A stretch of DNA of 61,704 bases from a virus (Duplodnaviria; Caudoviricetes): IMG/VR virus record IMGVR_UViG_3300028840_000575, positions 1 through 61,704 of that record. The stretch is one strand, 5' to 3'. The stretch's first letter is position 1. Every line of letters starts with the position of its first letter. Below the pieces are notes generated by a model that saw only the letters and a program-made list of their open reading frames with translations, was not told where the DNA came from and ran no database searches. A program made the position numbers and the translations under genes. This document shows, piece after piece, positions 28,722-38,649 of the stretch.

Positions 28722-28850
28722 ATGAGTGAAGCTAAAAATAAACCAAAGCCGAAGAAACCTAAACCAACACTCCACAGTTCTAATCATAGAGAACGGAAGT
28801 TCGGTGCCACGGACCGTAAAGCTTCCTCGGCGAGAGCTGTGACAAGGTAA
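28722..28850 (+). CDS. 42-aa basic peptide (not in ORF track)
   Basis: AAAGGA RBS; MSEAKNKPKPKKPKP...; flanked by hairpins. Confidence 0.4.
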   Translation: MSEAKNKPKPKKPKPTLHSSNHRERKFGATDRKASSARAVTR

Positions 28851-28942
28851 TCTTTTTCTCCTCAAGTTAAAGATACCACGGAACCAAGAAGTCATCCCTC
28901 TTGGTTCCCATTAACATTTTTAGATGAAACGCGAAAGACTAA

Positions 28943-31144
28943 ATGTTGCAAGGACGCGATACAATTCAGATCCAGGTTCCTCCTCTCTATAAGGAAGTTA
29001 TTGAACTCGGTATAGATAATGGTGCAATAATCCACGCTCCATTAAACTGCCGGATAAAGGAAACTCTCCTTGCAGAAGTATTAGCGAATCTAACCTCTTC
29101 ATTTCAGTTTAATACTGAACCAGAGAATTTTCTCTACATCTGTAGAGACACGAACCGTATACGGACACAATTCATATCTTGGCTTTCTACGATAGGACTT
29201 TCTTCTAAGCCAAGATCAAAGGGCTTCATGTTTCCATCAAGTGCAATTGTTTGGATACTTAATCCAAAGGAAATTGTATTAGATGATCTACCATTTTCCT
29301 ACGTGTCTAAGACTTATATATGCGATGCACACACTATTCCTGAACATACGTTCAAAGTGTTGCAACACATCTCCACCGATATCGTTTGTGCTGGGAACAT
29401 GGTTCCTAGGGATCACTGGTTCTATAGATATTGTAAGTCTGCGGACAATGTATATAGGTATAATGCCAATGATATATGTGAAGCGTTCCCTGATCAATGG
29501 GACGACGCCAAACGGCTCAGCAAGGATTATACCAAGGATGAAAGAAGACGTTATCTTAATTTAGAAGATATTGAAATTAAGAGCAGCAACTTTCGTCGCT
29601 TTGCCAATGCTCGGCTATGGATTAAAACTGACCGTGATATAAGGTCATTGCATCCACGACAACAGGAGTATGCTAAAGACACTGAGGGAACGCCTGTTGT
29701 TCCTTATATGCTTACTCCACTCAATAAACGTTATTTAGCAATGAAGCGTCTTGCTATTAAGCAAGGCAGAAAGAAACGTTTTCTATTACTCAAATATAGA
29801 CGTGGTGGATTTACGACATTAGAGCAAGGGCTCTCCTACCATCAGTGTGTTGACTTTTCTTATTCACAGTGCATAACTCTTGCTCATACGCAGACATCAA
29901 CACAACGTATCTTCAAGATTGCTAAACTGTACCAAGAGCGTGATCCAAGACATCCTTTACTTGCATCAGACTCAAAGACACAGCTTGAGTTTGCAGATAA
30001 TGGATCAACGTTCTTTATTGGAACAGCAGGTGGTCGCGGTGTTTCGCGTGGTGACACTATTCAGCGAGTACATGGATCAGAGGTTTCCAAGTGGTGTCCT
30101 GGGCCTAATCAAAATGAATTGGTTGAGGATATTATCGCTGGTCTACTTGGTGCTGCAAGTCATGGTGAGGTTATCTTAGAAACAACTCCTGATGGATTTG
30201 AATGGTTTGCTAATACTTACACTGATGCAAAGAAAGAGCTTAATGATTGGGTTCCTTTGTTTTTACCTTGGTTCGTGGATCCAGTCAATACTGTTTATGT
30301 TATTGATGAAGAGGAGATTTTAGATACTCTAACAGAGGAAGAAAAGAAGTTCTGCGAAAAGGTTAAGCGTGACTGGAATATAACCATCACGCTTAATCAG
30401 ATCGCATTCCGTAGGGACAAGAAAAAAGAATATGGTCGTTTGTTTAGGCAGGAATATCCTGAAGATGATATTACTTGTTTCATTATATCTGGTGATCCAT
30501 TCTTCAACACTGATCTTATAATGGATCTATTAGATGAAATGCCTGAATATAAAAGGGAGCATGTTCCTGGGGGTTATATTGAACGATATAAGGAGCCTGA
30601 AGCTGGAAAGAAGTATGTAGCTGGTGTTGACACTAGTGAAGGTCTTCCGTTCAGCGATCCTAATGGGATGGGCATACTGGACAAGGAAACAGGAGAACAG
30701 GTATTAAGTCTGCATGGACGTTTTCCTTTCAACCAACTTGCAGAACTCTGCATTAAAGAATGTGAGAAATACAATCGTGCATTACTCGGAGTAGAAAGGA
30801 ATAATCACGGACATGCGGTTCTTCAACGTATCAAAGAGTTGGGTTACAAAAAACCAAATTATCGTGGCGGTCCTTTGTATCATTTTTCTAAAGATCGTCC
30901 GGGCTGGGATACTAATTCTCAGACCCGTCCTATTATGCTTGATGAGCTTAGTGAAGCTATTGAAGAAAAGTTTATGACCATCCACGATAAAGAGTTTTTG
31001 CGTGAATGCCTTACATTTAAGAAACAACATAATGGTAAATTTGAAGCTGATCCAAATTGCCACGATGATTCAGTTTTGAAATGGAGTATAGCTTGGCAAA
31101 TGCGGAAACAACGCAGACCAAGAATATCTTATAATGAAGTGTAA
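28943..31144 (+). CDS. terL: Terminase large subunit with about 210-aa N-terminal extension
   Basis: LLKYRRGGFTT, VHGSEVSKW, ETTPDG, RQEYP; nuclease GVDTSEG, VERNNHG, HDDSV. Confidence 0.9.
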   Translation: MLQGRDTIQIQVPPLYKEVIELGIDNGAIIHAPLNCRIKETLLAEVLANLTSSFQFNTEPENFLYICRDTNRIRTQFISWLSTIGLSSKPRSKGFMFPSSAIVWILNPKEIVLDDLPFSYVSKTYICDAHTIPEHTFKVLQHISTDIVCAGNMVPRDHWFYRYCKSADNVYRYNANDICEAFPDQWDDAKRLSKDYTKDERRRYLNLEDIEIKSSNFRRFANARLWIKTDRDIRSLHPRQQEYAKDTEGTPVVPYMLTPLNKRYLAMKRLAIKQGRKKRFLLLKYRRGGFTTLEQGLSYHQCVDFSYSQCITLAHTQTSTQRIFKIAKLYQERDPRHPLLASDSKTQLEFADNGSTFFIGTAGGRGVSRGDTIQRVHGSEVSKWCPGPNQNELVEDIIAGLLGAASHGEVILETTPDGFEWFANTYTDAKKELNDWVPLFLPWFVDPVNTVYVIDEEEILDTLTEEEKKFCEKVKRDWNITITLNQIAFRRDKKKEYGRLFRQEYPEDDITCFIISGDPFFNTDLIMDLLDEMPEYKREHVPGGYIERYKEPEAGKKYVAGVDTSEGLPFSDPNGMGILDKETGEQVLSLHGRFPFNQLAELCIKECEKYNRALLGVERNNHGHAVLQRIKELGYKKPNYRGGPLYHFSKDRPGWDTNSQTRPIMLDELSEAIEEKFMTIHDKEFLRECLTFKKQHNGKFEADPNCHDDSVLKWSIAWQMRKQRRPRISYNEV

Positions 31145-31168
31145 CTTAATTCTTTTAAGGAGAACATT

Positions 31169-31687
31169 ATGTTTAGGAAGCTGAGAGTAGTTATTGTACT
31201 TGCAGTCATTTTCTCAGTGATGATTGCATCGGCTGGTTGCTTGTCTAAGACCGGCTATTGGAAACCTGGGACTGACTTTGATACTATTATATCAGAAGAT
31301 GATTATGCTGCATTGCCAGCGGATCAGCAAGCTGAAATGGTTCAGGTCACGTATCGGGAGCTTGATCAAAAGTATGTAGAGGGTACTGAAACTATCTTGG
31401 ATACTGGATCGGGGGTCTATAAAGTAATAAAGCCAGTGATTCCAGAGCCCTTTGCTACAGGCGGATCAATATTATTAGGTTTGGCAACAACACTGACCGC
31501 ACTGTTAGCGAGGAAGAAGGTAGTTACTCAACTTGTTGAGACGGCTCAAGGTATTCAAAATGTAATAGACGGCAAGGAAGAAAGCCTTGGGACGTCATTG
31601 TCAAAAGCACAGAGCACAAGTACGAAGGTCGCTATTACGAATCTAAAAACTTCGGGAATTGTAAAGTCTACGTCTGGTGAGGCGTAA
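31169..31687 (+). CDS. Predicted lipoprotein with a C-terminal hydrophobic segment (possible lysis/spanin-like)
   Basis: Signal peptide with lipobox SAGC; second hydrophobic helix ILLGLATTLTALL. Confidence 0.55.
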   Translation: MFRKLRVVIVLAVIFSVMIASAGCLSKTGYWKPGTDFDTIISEDDYAALPADQQAEMVQVTYRELDQKYVEGTETILDTGSGVYKVIKPVIPEPFATGGSILLGLATTLTALLARKKVVTQLVETAQGIQNVIDGKEESLGTSLSKAQSTSTKVAITNLKTSGIVKSTSGEA

Positions 31688-31713
31688 AGCTTCCTAGGCC
31701 ATGTTACCCTGGA

Positions 31714-31748
31714 TGGAGCCTCGGGGAAACTCGGGGCTCCAATATTTC
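31714..31748 (+). terminator. Hairpin with GAAA loop, terminator-like
   Basis: GGAGCCTCGGG-GAAA-CTCGGGGCTCC. Confidence 0.6.
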
Positions 31749-31766
31749 TAACAGGAAAGAATTAAA

Positions 31767-32231
31767 ATGAAATTATCAGCACAAGTAGAAACGCTCGAAA
31801 AACAAGCTGAAGCTTTGAGCAAAGAGAATAGTTCTTTGAAAAGCTCTAATGGCACTTTTACATCAACTAATAGAGCTCTTCAAAGAGAGATTACATTTCT
31901 AAAAGCGAAGGTTAAGAACTTAGAGGAACGACCTCTTCAGAAAGAGGTTGAATCTCTTAAAGAACGATTAGCTGTTGAGAATGCCAATGCTGTAGTTAAG
32001 AAATTGACTAAGAGGGTTGAGGAATTACAAAAACAATTATATGAAGAATTACAACGTACTAAACCAATTAAAGAGTTGGAAGATACTATAGTCCAATTAA
32101 AGGAGGAACTTGCTAAGGTCAGGACCGAATCCCAAGAAAAGGGTGAAAAGATTACAATATTGGAGACCGAAATTGATAATTTATTGAATAACGGAGAAAC
32201 GAATGAACCCACTACTACAGATAATAGTTAA
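31767..32231 (+). CDS. Coiled-coil protein ending EPTTTDNS
   Basis: Continuous heptads. Confidence 0.7.
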   Translation: MKLSAQVETLEKQAEALSKENSSLKSSNGTFTSTNRALQREITFLKAKVKNLEERPLQKEVESLKERLAVENANAVVKKLTKRVEELQKQLYEELQRTKPIKELEDTIVQLKEELAKVRTESQEKGEKITILETEIDNLLNNGETNEPTTTDNS

Positions 32232-32535
32232 TGTTATTTCAACTGTCGTAGGTCTTGGTCTTATAGCTATTGCTAGTAATGTTCTTAAAAATGTACTCGA
32301 TTATAAAAAGCAAATACTTAAAATACAAAATGATTTTATTGAAAGCCAACAGGATTTCATAAAATTCAAAACACAAACGGAAGAACGTTTGACATCTATG
32401 CAGAACAATTGTGCTGATAGACTTGAATGGATGAGAAAGCTTGAAACTGGACTAAATAAAATGAATTTAAATATCGTCTCTATTGGTACACGTATGCAGA
32501 TGGAAGAAAAAGATTTCCATAAATTGGATAACTAA
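32203..32535 (+). CDS. N-terminal transmembrane + coiled-coil protein (holin/spanin-like)
   Basis: One TM helix followed by coiled coil. Confidence 0.5.
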   Translation: MNPLLQIIVNVISTVVGLGLIAIASNVLKNVLDYKKQILKIQNDFIESQQDFIKFKTQTEERLTSMQNNCADRLEWMRKLETGLNKMNLNIVSIGTRMQMEEKDFHKLDN

Positions 32536-35093
32536 TGTTAATACCTGGAAGTTCAATACAGTATGATCCTAATCAGTTCAGCTTGCAAAGTGGCAAGTTG
32601 CACTTGGATCATTTTGCAATAGATGCAACGGACGGAGTTCGTCGTATTGCTATTGGACTGGATTGTGAAGATAGCACTGGTGTCTATGATACTCTTCTTG
32701 GTCATAGAGCAGGTAGAACGAGCACTACAGGATTCAATACATTAATCGGTTCTAATTGTGGTGAAACAGTCGCTGATGGATTTGCGAATACTGGTGGTGG
32801 TGCTTTAACGATGAGCAACACCTCCGGCCCTATCACAAGGAACACAGCTTGGGGATATTATAATCAAACAACTCTTCAAGCAGGGAAAGCATATTATTCA
32901 GCAGTAGGGAATACTTCTGTTGGCTCATTCTGTATGAGTACAATAACAACAGGGAATGAGAATGTTGCTTTTGGCTATTATACTTTATACTTTATATCTG
33001 AAGGATATAGGAATTTAGGTATAGGGAGTGGAGCTGGTAGAATGCTCAAACCTAATGCCAGAACAATATCTTCATTTGCAGATGCTGGTGGAGGAAAAGT
33101 AGAAGCAACATATTCCGGTGATGCATTATCTGAGAATGATGATATAAGGATCTCTGGATCTGTTGATTACGATGGATTATATGAAATCACAAATGTGACC
33201 GCTACAACATTTGAATTTACTAAGGCTTTTGTCGCAGATGGAACTGGTCTAGTTCACTTACAATCTGATGCAAATGAAAATGTCTTAGTTGGAGTACTGG
33301 CTGCAAGAGCTTCAGTGCATCTTGGTCAGTCTGTTGTGATGGGGACAGAAGCTGGCTATAATGCTGAGGGGAATGGCCATGTACTAATCGGTCATAAAGC
33401 AGGCTATAACGAGACAGGTGATAATAAACTCTATATTGCTAATAGTGACACAAGTGATCCGTTAATTTATGGTGAATTCGATAATAGCTTTGTCACAATT
33501 AATGGATACTTAAATGCTAATTACTTTGTCTCAGATGTTGCTGTCGGTACTCAGCCTTTCCAATGCACTTCAACGACAAAAAATACTAATTTAAACGCTG
33601 ATCTATGGGATGGACAGGATTTGCCGACACTAGATAGTGGTAAATATCTATCCAACAATGGTGTTAATTTATCTTGGGAAGAAATTGATCTTTCGGGATA
33701 CGTCCCTTATACAGGAGCAACAGGATCCGTTGATTTAGGTTCTTATAATTTATCCACGACAGGAGATGTATCAGCTCAATCTGTCACATTCACATATCCT
33801 GGGTATGGTGATTATGTATTTGAGAGAGTATCAGGCTATCCTGATTACTTTGATCTTAGGTCTGCATCTGGAAAGCTGAGTTGGTTGCGTATATCTACGA
33901 CAGATGCTGATGGGACAGACACTGTAGGATGGTCTCTTAAGTCTTCTGGCTCTATTCAAGCATGGTTTCAGTTAATCGCTGGTGGAGTTGGTGGACAATT
34001 CGCAACACAAGGAACACCCCTTTCTATCTGGGCTGGAAAGAACTCAATATACTTATCAAGTTCATCTTGGGTTACTGGATACGGTCCAGGTGCTTCGTCT
34101 GTTTCTGGGTCATACTATCACGAGTTTATTGGATCGGTATGTTTAACAGATTGGTTATATCTATCTTATCCTACTGGTGATTACAGGATATATGTCACCA
34201 TTTCTAGGCAATTTGAAACTTATATCAATGGTAATAAGAAATGTGAATATGATGATAGCAGCGGATGGTGGATGTTCTATGATGATATGCGAATAAATGG
34301 GTATTGTGTTGTTTCTTCAACATTAGATGTCGGATCTTATGTTGCTATAGGGTCACAAGCAGGTACTCCTGGAAATGGAAGAACTCTTGCTGTTGGTCAT
34401 GCTCAGTATTCAACATCTAATCCTATAAGTATTTGGTCTTATCTATTAACAGGTTCTGGATCGTATACTGATAAAACAGGTGTTATAAGTATTATAGCTA
34501 CATTGGGTGATGGAAATACTTCACCATTAGAAATTAATTTCGATGCTGAAACTATCTTAACTGTTGATGATGGTAATGATCCGGCGACAATTACAAAAGT
34601 TATTCATTATCGTGCTGGAGAAATGACATTATTTAGTGATGGAAATGATAATGCTACAGTAGATACTTTACATTGTTTCGAAGCTCAAGCTGTAAGCTAC
34701 GATGATGGTGAAGGAGATATAAATAATATTATTGCTTTCTATGATGAAGGACAAACTACTGGAAAGACTATTAACTGGGGTCTTGGAATAAATACTCAAA
34801 GTTATATTAATGCGAGTTTATCATTAGGAAAAGCCACTGCTCCAAATTCAGTATTAGATGTTGAAGGTGCTTCTCGTTTAGGTGGGTCTTCTAACTATAT
34901 TTCTATATCTAGCTCTGGAGATATAAGTTTTGTTGGAACTGCTGGTTTTTATCCTGTTCGATCAAATCAATCTGCTCAGCCAACTCCTGATACAGGTGAG
35001 TTAATAATTTGGCGTGATTCAGATGATGGTAAAATATATTTAATCTACAATGACACAGATACTGGAGCTAAGAAAGTTGAGCTTGCAGCTTAA
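32535..35093 (+). CDS. Fibre/spike-like structural protein
   Basis: Gly-rich N-x-x-x-G repeats, GNKLYIANS..PLIYGEFD, NLNADLWDG, VPYTGATGSVDLG segments typical of phage fibres. Confidence 0.65.
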   Translation: MLIPGSSIQYDPNQFSLQSGKLHLDHFAIDATDGVRRIAIGLDCEDSTGVYDTLLGHRAGRTSTTGFNTLIGSNCGETVADGFANTGGGALTMSNTSGPITRNTAWGYYNQTTLQAGKAYYSAVGNTSVGSFCMSTITTGNENVAFGYYTLYFISEGYRNLGIGSGAGRMLKPNARTISSFADAGGGKVEATYSGDALSENDDIRISGSVDYDGLYEITNVTATTFEFTKAFVADGTGLVHLQSDANENVLVGVLAARASVHLGQSVVMGTEAGYNAEGNGHVLIGHKAGYNETGDNKLYIANSDTSDPLIYGEFDNSFVTINGYLNANYFVSDVAVGTQPFQCTSTTKNTNLNADLWDGQDLPTLDSGKYLSNNGVNLSWEEIDLSGYVPYTGATGSVDLGSYNLSTTGDVSAQSVTFTYPGYGDYVFERVSGYPDYFDLRSASGKLSWLRISTTDADGTDTVGWSLKSSGSIQAWFQLIAGGVGGQFATQGTPLSIWAGKNSIYLSSSSWVTGYGPGASSVSGSYYHEFIGSVCLTDWLYLSYPTGDYRIYVTISRQFETYINGNKKCEYDDSSGWWMFYDDMRINGYCVVSSTLDVGSYVAIGSQAGTPGNGRTLAVGHAQYSTSNPISIWSYLLTGSGSYTDKTGVISIIATLGDGNTSPLEINFDAETILTVDDGNDPATITKVIHYRAGEMTLFSDGNDNATVDTLHCFEAQAVSYDDGEGDINNIIAFYDEGQTTGKTINWGLGINTQSYINASLSLGKATAPNSVLDVEGASRLGGSSNYISISSSGDISFVGTAGFYPVRSNQSAQPTPDTGELIIWRDSDDGKIYLIYNDTDTGAKKVELAA

Positions 35094-35102
35094 GGAGTCA
35101 TT

Positions 35103-36091
35103 ATGCAAAGTGAAATAACAAATTCAGAGATAGAAAAAATTGAAGTATTAGATGAGAATACCATTGCTGAAATTTTCAGTGCCACAAGAAAGTATACTCG
35201 CCAAGATTTATTGAATCTTAGGACTGTGTATATAACTAAACTACAGTATATTGAAGATCTATTATCAATGTTAGATAATGAATCAACGACAACTCAAGAA
35301 GGCTCTTCGACTGTTACGGGAGAACCTCATATTCCTCCAATTTAATAGGTGAAAAGATGAAAGTTAGTTTAAATGTATCTGATCGTATTATGATGCCTCA
35401 GTTATTTCCTGAGAAATCAAGTATCATTAACCTAAGATTGACTCGTGATATTGGAGAGAAGATAAAATTAACAGATGGTGAAAAAGAAAAGTTCAATGTT
35501 CGATTTACTTCTTCCCAAGTTGCTTGGGATGTTCCTAATCTTAAAGATTCAGAAATTGAAATTGAATTTTCTAATTCTGAAATAGAATTTCTTCAAGATC
35601 GTATACGTGATCTTAATAAAAAAGAATCTTTGACAATGTCAATATTAGATCTTTGTGAAAAGATTAATAAACTTGATACAAAAGAAAAGTAAATGGCTCG
35701 AATTGGCTTCAGATATTCTGAGACTAGTGTGAATATTTATGGTGTTCTCACTAACTTGTCTAATCAACATAGGAATGCAGATATAGCATCCTTTGAAAAT
35801 TATGATGCAACAAATTGGACAAGCTACGATCATGAATTATCTGAAACAGATGATTATTTTTATGAATTAATATTGCCGACTTTAAGTGATGGTTCTTATT
35901 ATATAGAGCTATTCCTAAGAGCAGGTGGTAGTCCAGCTTTGACAGATGCTAAGGTAGGTGAAAAGGCATTTGAACTAAAGGATAATGAATTTTACACTTT
36001 ATCAAATTTAGAATTTTCTTCTGATGATATTGATGATCTTAGCCAAAGGATCGCTGAATTAACTCGTGCTTTAATTAGGTTTAATCTATGA
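35103..36091 (+). other. Three hypothetical late genes (35103..35345, 35357..35692, 35693..36091)
   Basis: Each has an RBS; the first ends ESTTTQEGSSTVTGEP. Confidence 0.6.
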
Positions 36092-38451
36092 ATGATTTAG
36101 TAACAACTTCAATCGCTGCTCCAACGGATTACTTAGATATCCCGAAGAATGCTTATGCAAAAGAAGCAGTCGCGTATAAGACCTTAAGAAGTGCTCTATA
36201 TGGCCTACAATCCTCTTCGACTTATCGTGCAGGTGAGCCATTTGAAAATCATCCGTGGGTCTATGCTGCTGCAATGGCTGTCGCTTTGAATATAAGCCAA
36301 GTACCATTTAACATCTATCGTGAGACAGATGACGAATTACAGAAGCGAATGAAGTTTAGTCTGAAGAATTACGGTAAATGGAATGGACCGCTAAGAGGGC
36401 ATAGGCGAACAGCGATACAACGACATGCACGTAAACGTCAAAGAAATTCAGGTTTTAGATCTAAGGCAATTGAAGAAGATTATCAGCATCCTTTGTCACA
36501 GTTGTTCATAAAGGTTAATCCTCATATGGTGGATTCACAACTTTGGCAAATAACTACAATAGATCTTATGACAAAAGGAGAGCACTTTTGGCGTCTATTG
36601 AATGAAGCTGGTGAGCCTATTGGTATTGGTGAAACTCCATCATACATTTGGCCAACAAATCCAAATCAAATGGATACGATAATCCATGGTGGTGAATTTA
36701 TTGGATGGAAATTTACACAAAAGAAATCAGATGGTCAAGGCGGTTTCTCAGGTCGTGTCCAGAATTTACAAATTTGGCAAGTGATCCAATTTAAATTTAT
36801 CGATCCAGAAAATCCCCTTAGAGGTATGGCTCCTCTAATTCCTGTTATTGGTAATGTGAAATTAGATGTTTCGACCATAGATCATAATCAGTCAACAATG
36901 TCTAATGGTGCTGATCCAGGTGGTCTTCTGATTAACGAAGAAGGCTTTGATGATGAAATTGAAGAAAGAAAATTCTTAGAGAAATACAATCAAAGGCATC
37001 GTGGAGAAAAGAATACTGGTCGTACAGGTATCTTATCCGGCGGTTGGAAATATTTTCAAACAGGTATGTCCGTAAGAGATATGGACTATCCTAATCTTAA
37101 GATCTGGAACCGAGATGAAATCCTTGCAGCTATGAGGACACCGAAATCTGTTCTTGGTGTAACAGATGCTTTAAATTATGCTACTCAATTAGGACAGGAT
37201 AATAATTTCTGGAATAAAACAGTTATTCCTTTATTGAAATATTATGAAACAATTATTGATGGTACTTTATTATTTGAAGAGCCTGATAATATTGTTGGAT
37301 TGTTTGATTTATCTGGTGTTGAAGCATTAAGAGCTGGATTAAAAGATCAAGTTGACATAGCGAAAAATATGTCAGGTGCTGATTTGCATGTTCCTCCATC
37401 ATTGGCATTTGAAAAAGTTGGTCTCGATATGGAGGAATATGAAGGATCGGATGTTGCATTAATGAGTCCGTTGTTATCCACAATAGATACTATTCTTAAT
37501 CCTGAAGAACCGGAAATAGTTGAGCCAGAACCAACAGCTACAGAAGAGCCAGAGGAAGATCCTGTTCCAGATTCTGAAGAAAAACCTGTAGAGGAAACAG
37601 GGAAATCTAATATACTCATCGTAAGTAAAGCTAATAAATTATCCTTATGGAAGAAATATATTTACAAAGTACATTCGCCAATGATGCTTAGAACATCTGC
37701 TCAATGGCGTAAATATATTAAAGCAGAAAAGAAATTACAATTAGCAAAGTTCGATGAAATAGCTGGTGATAAATCTTGGGATAACGGAACTATAGGTTTA
37801 AGAGTATTTGAATCCGATGATGGATATAAACCATATAATAGAGCGATAAGTGCTGAATCTGTTATCTTAGATTTGAATGAAGCTGCAAAAAGATTAGGTA
37901 TTAAGATTCGTCCAGTGTATGATAAATCACTTGAAGAGGTTTATGACTATACTGTAGAAGAAATTGGTGGCGTCGCAGTATTTGAATTAGATGATCCAGA
38001 CATTATAGAATTTTATAATACTGCGGAGAAAACTTTAGTTGGTACAGCTCCTAAAACACTGTATAAGAATGTTCTTGGATCAATTAGAGCAGGTATTGAA
38101 GCTGGAGAAACAATCTCAGAACTGAGGTCCAGGATTGGGAAGGTTTTTGATATTTCTTCTTCGAGTCCTAAAACCTTGCAGATTGCAAGAACAGAATCTA
38201 CATTCTTCACAAATGGTGCTAAGGATGTAATGTATAAGAAAGCCAGTATACAGGAATCTGAATGGGTAACTGCTGGCGATGAAGATGTTCGTGATAATCA
38301 TACGACATATGGATCTTCTGGTCCTCATCCAATAGATTTTAATTATCTAAGTTTGGTAGGACTGGCTGGAACATTAAGATATCCTGGAGAGAAAGGTGCT
38401 CCAACTTCAGAAGTTATTAATTGCCGATGTACTAAAATTCCTGTTATATAG
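36088..38451 (+). CDS. HK97-type portal protein fused to a Mu gpF/SPP1 gp7-like minor head domain
   Basis: PWVYAA, HPL, GEHFW, RGMAPL, NGADPGGL, EILAAMRTP; C-terminal IARTE, WVTAGDEDVRDNH, LRYPG, INCRC. Confidence 0.85.
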   Translation: MNDLVTTSIAAPTDYLDIPKNAYAKEAVAYKTLRSALYGLQSSSTYRAGEPFENHPWVYAAAMAVALNISQVPFNIYRETDDELQKRMKFSLKNYGKWNGPLRGHRRTAIQRHARKRQRNSGFRSKAIEEDYQHPLSQLFIKVNPHMVDSQLWQITTIDLMTKGEHFWRLLNEAGEPIGIGETPSYIWPTNPNQMDTIIHGGEFIGWKFTQKKSDGQGGFSGRVQNLQIWQVIQFKFIDPENPLRGMAPLIPVIGNVKLDVSTIDHNQSTMSNGADPGGLLINEEGFDDEIEERKFLEKYNQRHRGEKNTGRTGILSGGWKYFQTGMSVRDMDYPNLKIWNRDEILAAMRTPKSVLGVTDALNYATQLGQDNNFWNKTVIPLLKYYETIIDGTLLFEEPDNIVGLFDLSGVEALRAGLKDQVDIAKNMSGADLHVPPSLAFEKVGLDMEEYEGSDVALMSPLLSTIDTILNPEEPEIVEPEPTATEEPEEDPVPDSEEKPVEETGKSNILIVSKANKLSLWKKYIYKVHSPMMLRTSAQWRKYIKAEKKLQLAKFDEIAGDKSWDNGTIGLRVFESDDGYKPYNRAISAESVILDLNEAAKRLGIKIRPVYDKSLEEVYDYTVEEIGGVAVFELDDPDIIEFYNTAEKTLVGTAPKTLYKNVLGSIRAGIEAGETISELRSRIGKVFDISSSSPKTLQIARTESTFFTNGAKDVMYKKASIQESEWVTAGDEDVRDNHTTYGSSGPHPIDFNYLSLVGLAGTLRYPGEKGAPTSEVINCRCTKIPVI

Positions 38452-38463
38452 GAGAATTGAAAA

Positions 38464-38649
38464 ATGGCGTCTACAACGACTAGTGAACCAACGACAACTA
38501 CGAGTGAGCCTACAACTACGGCTGCTCCTACAACTACGACACCGGAACCAGTAGGGCATTTCTCAGGTTATAATCGTATGATCCCAGCAATAATCACGGA
38601 GGAACTTGTCGATGAGATGGTTGATTCTGGTATTATACCTGTTCTGTAA
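38464..38649 (+). CDS. 61-aa mucin-like Thr/Pro-rich protein
   Basis: AGGAG RBS; MASTTTSEPTTTTSEPTTTAAPTTTTPEP. Confidence 0.75.
   Translation: MASTTTSEPTTTTSEPTTTAAPTTTTPEPVGHFSGYNRMIPAIITEELVDEMVDSGIIPVL

Noticed and set aside
38467-38550. Thr-rich tracts as DNA tandem repeats, CRISPR or diversity-generating retroelement repeats
   Set aside because: Codons vary, there is no repeat-spacer periodicity, and no cas or reverse transcriptase gene is present
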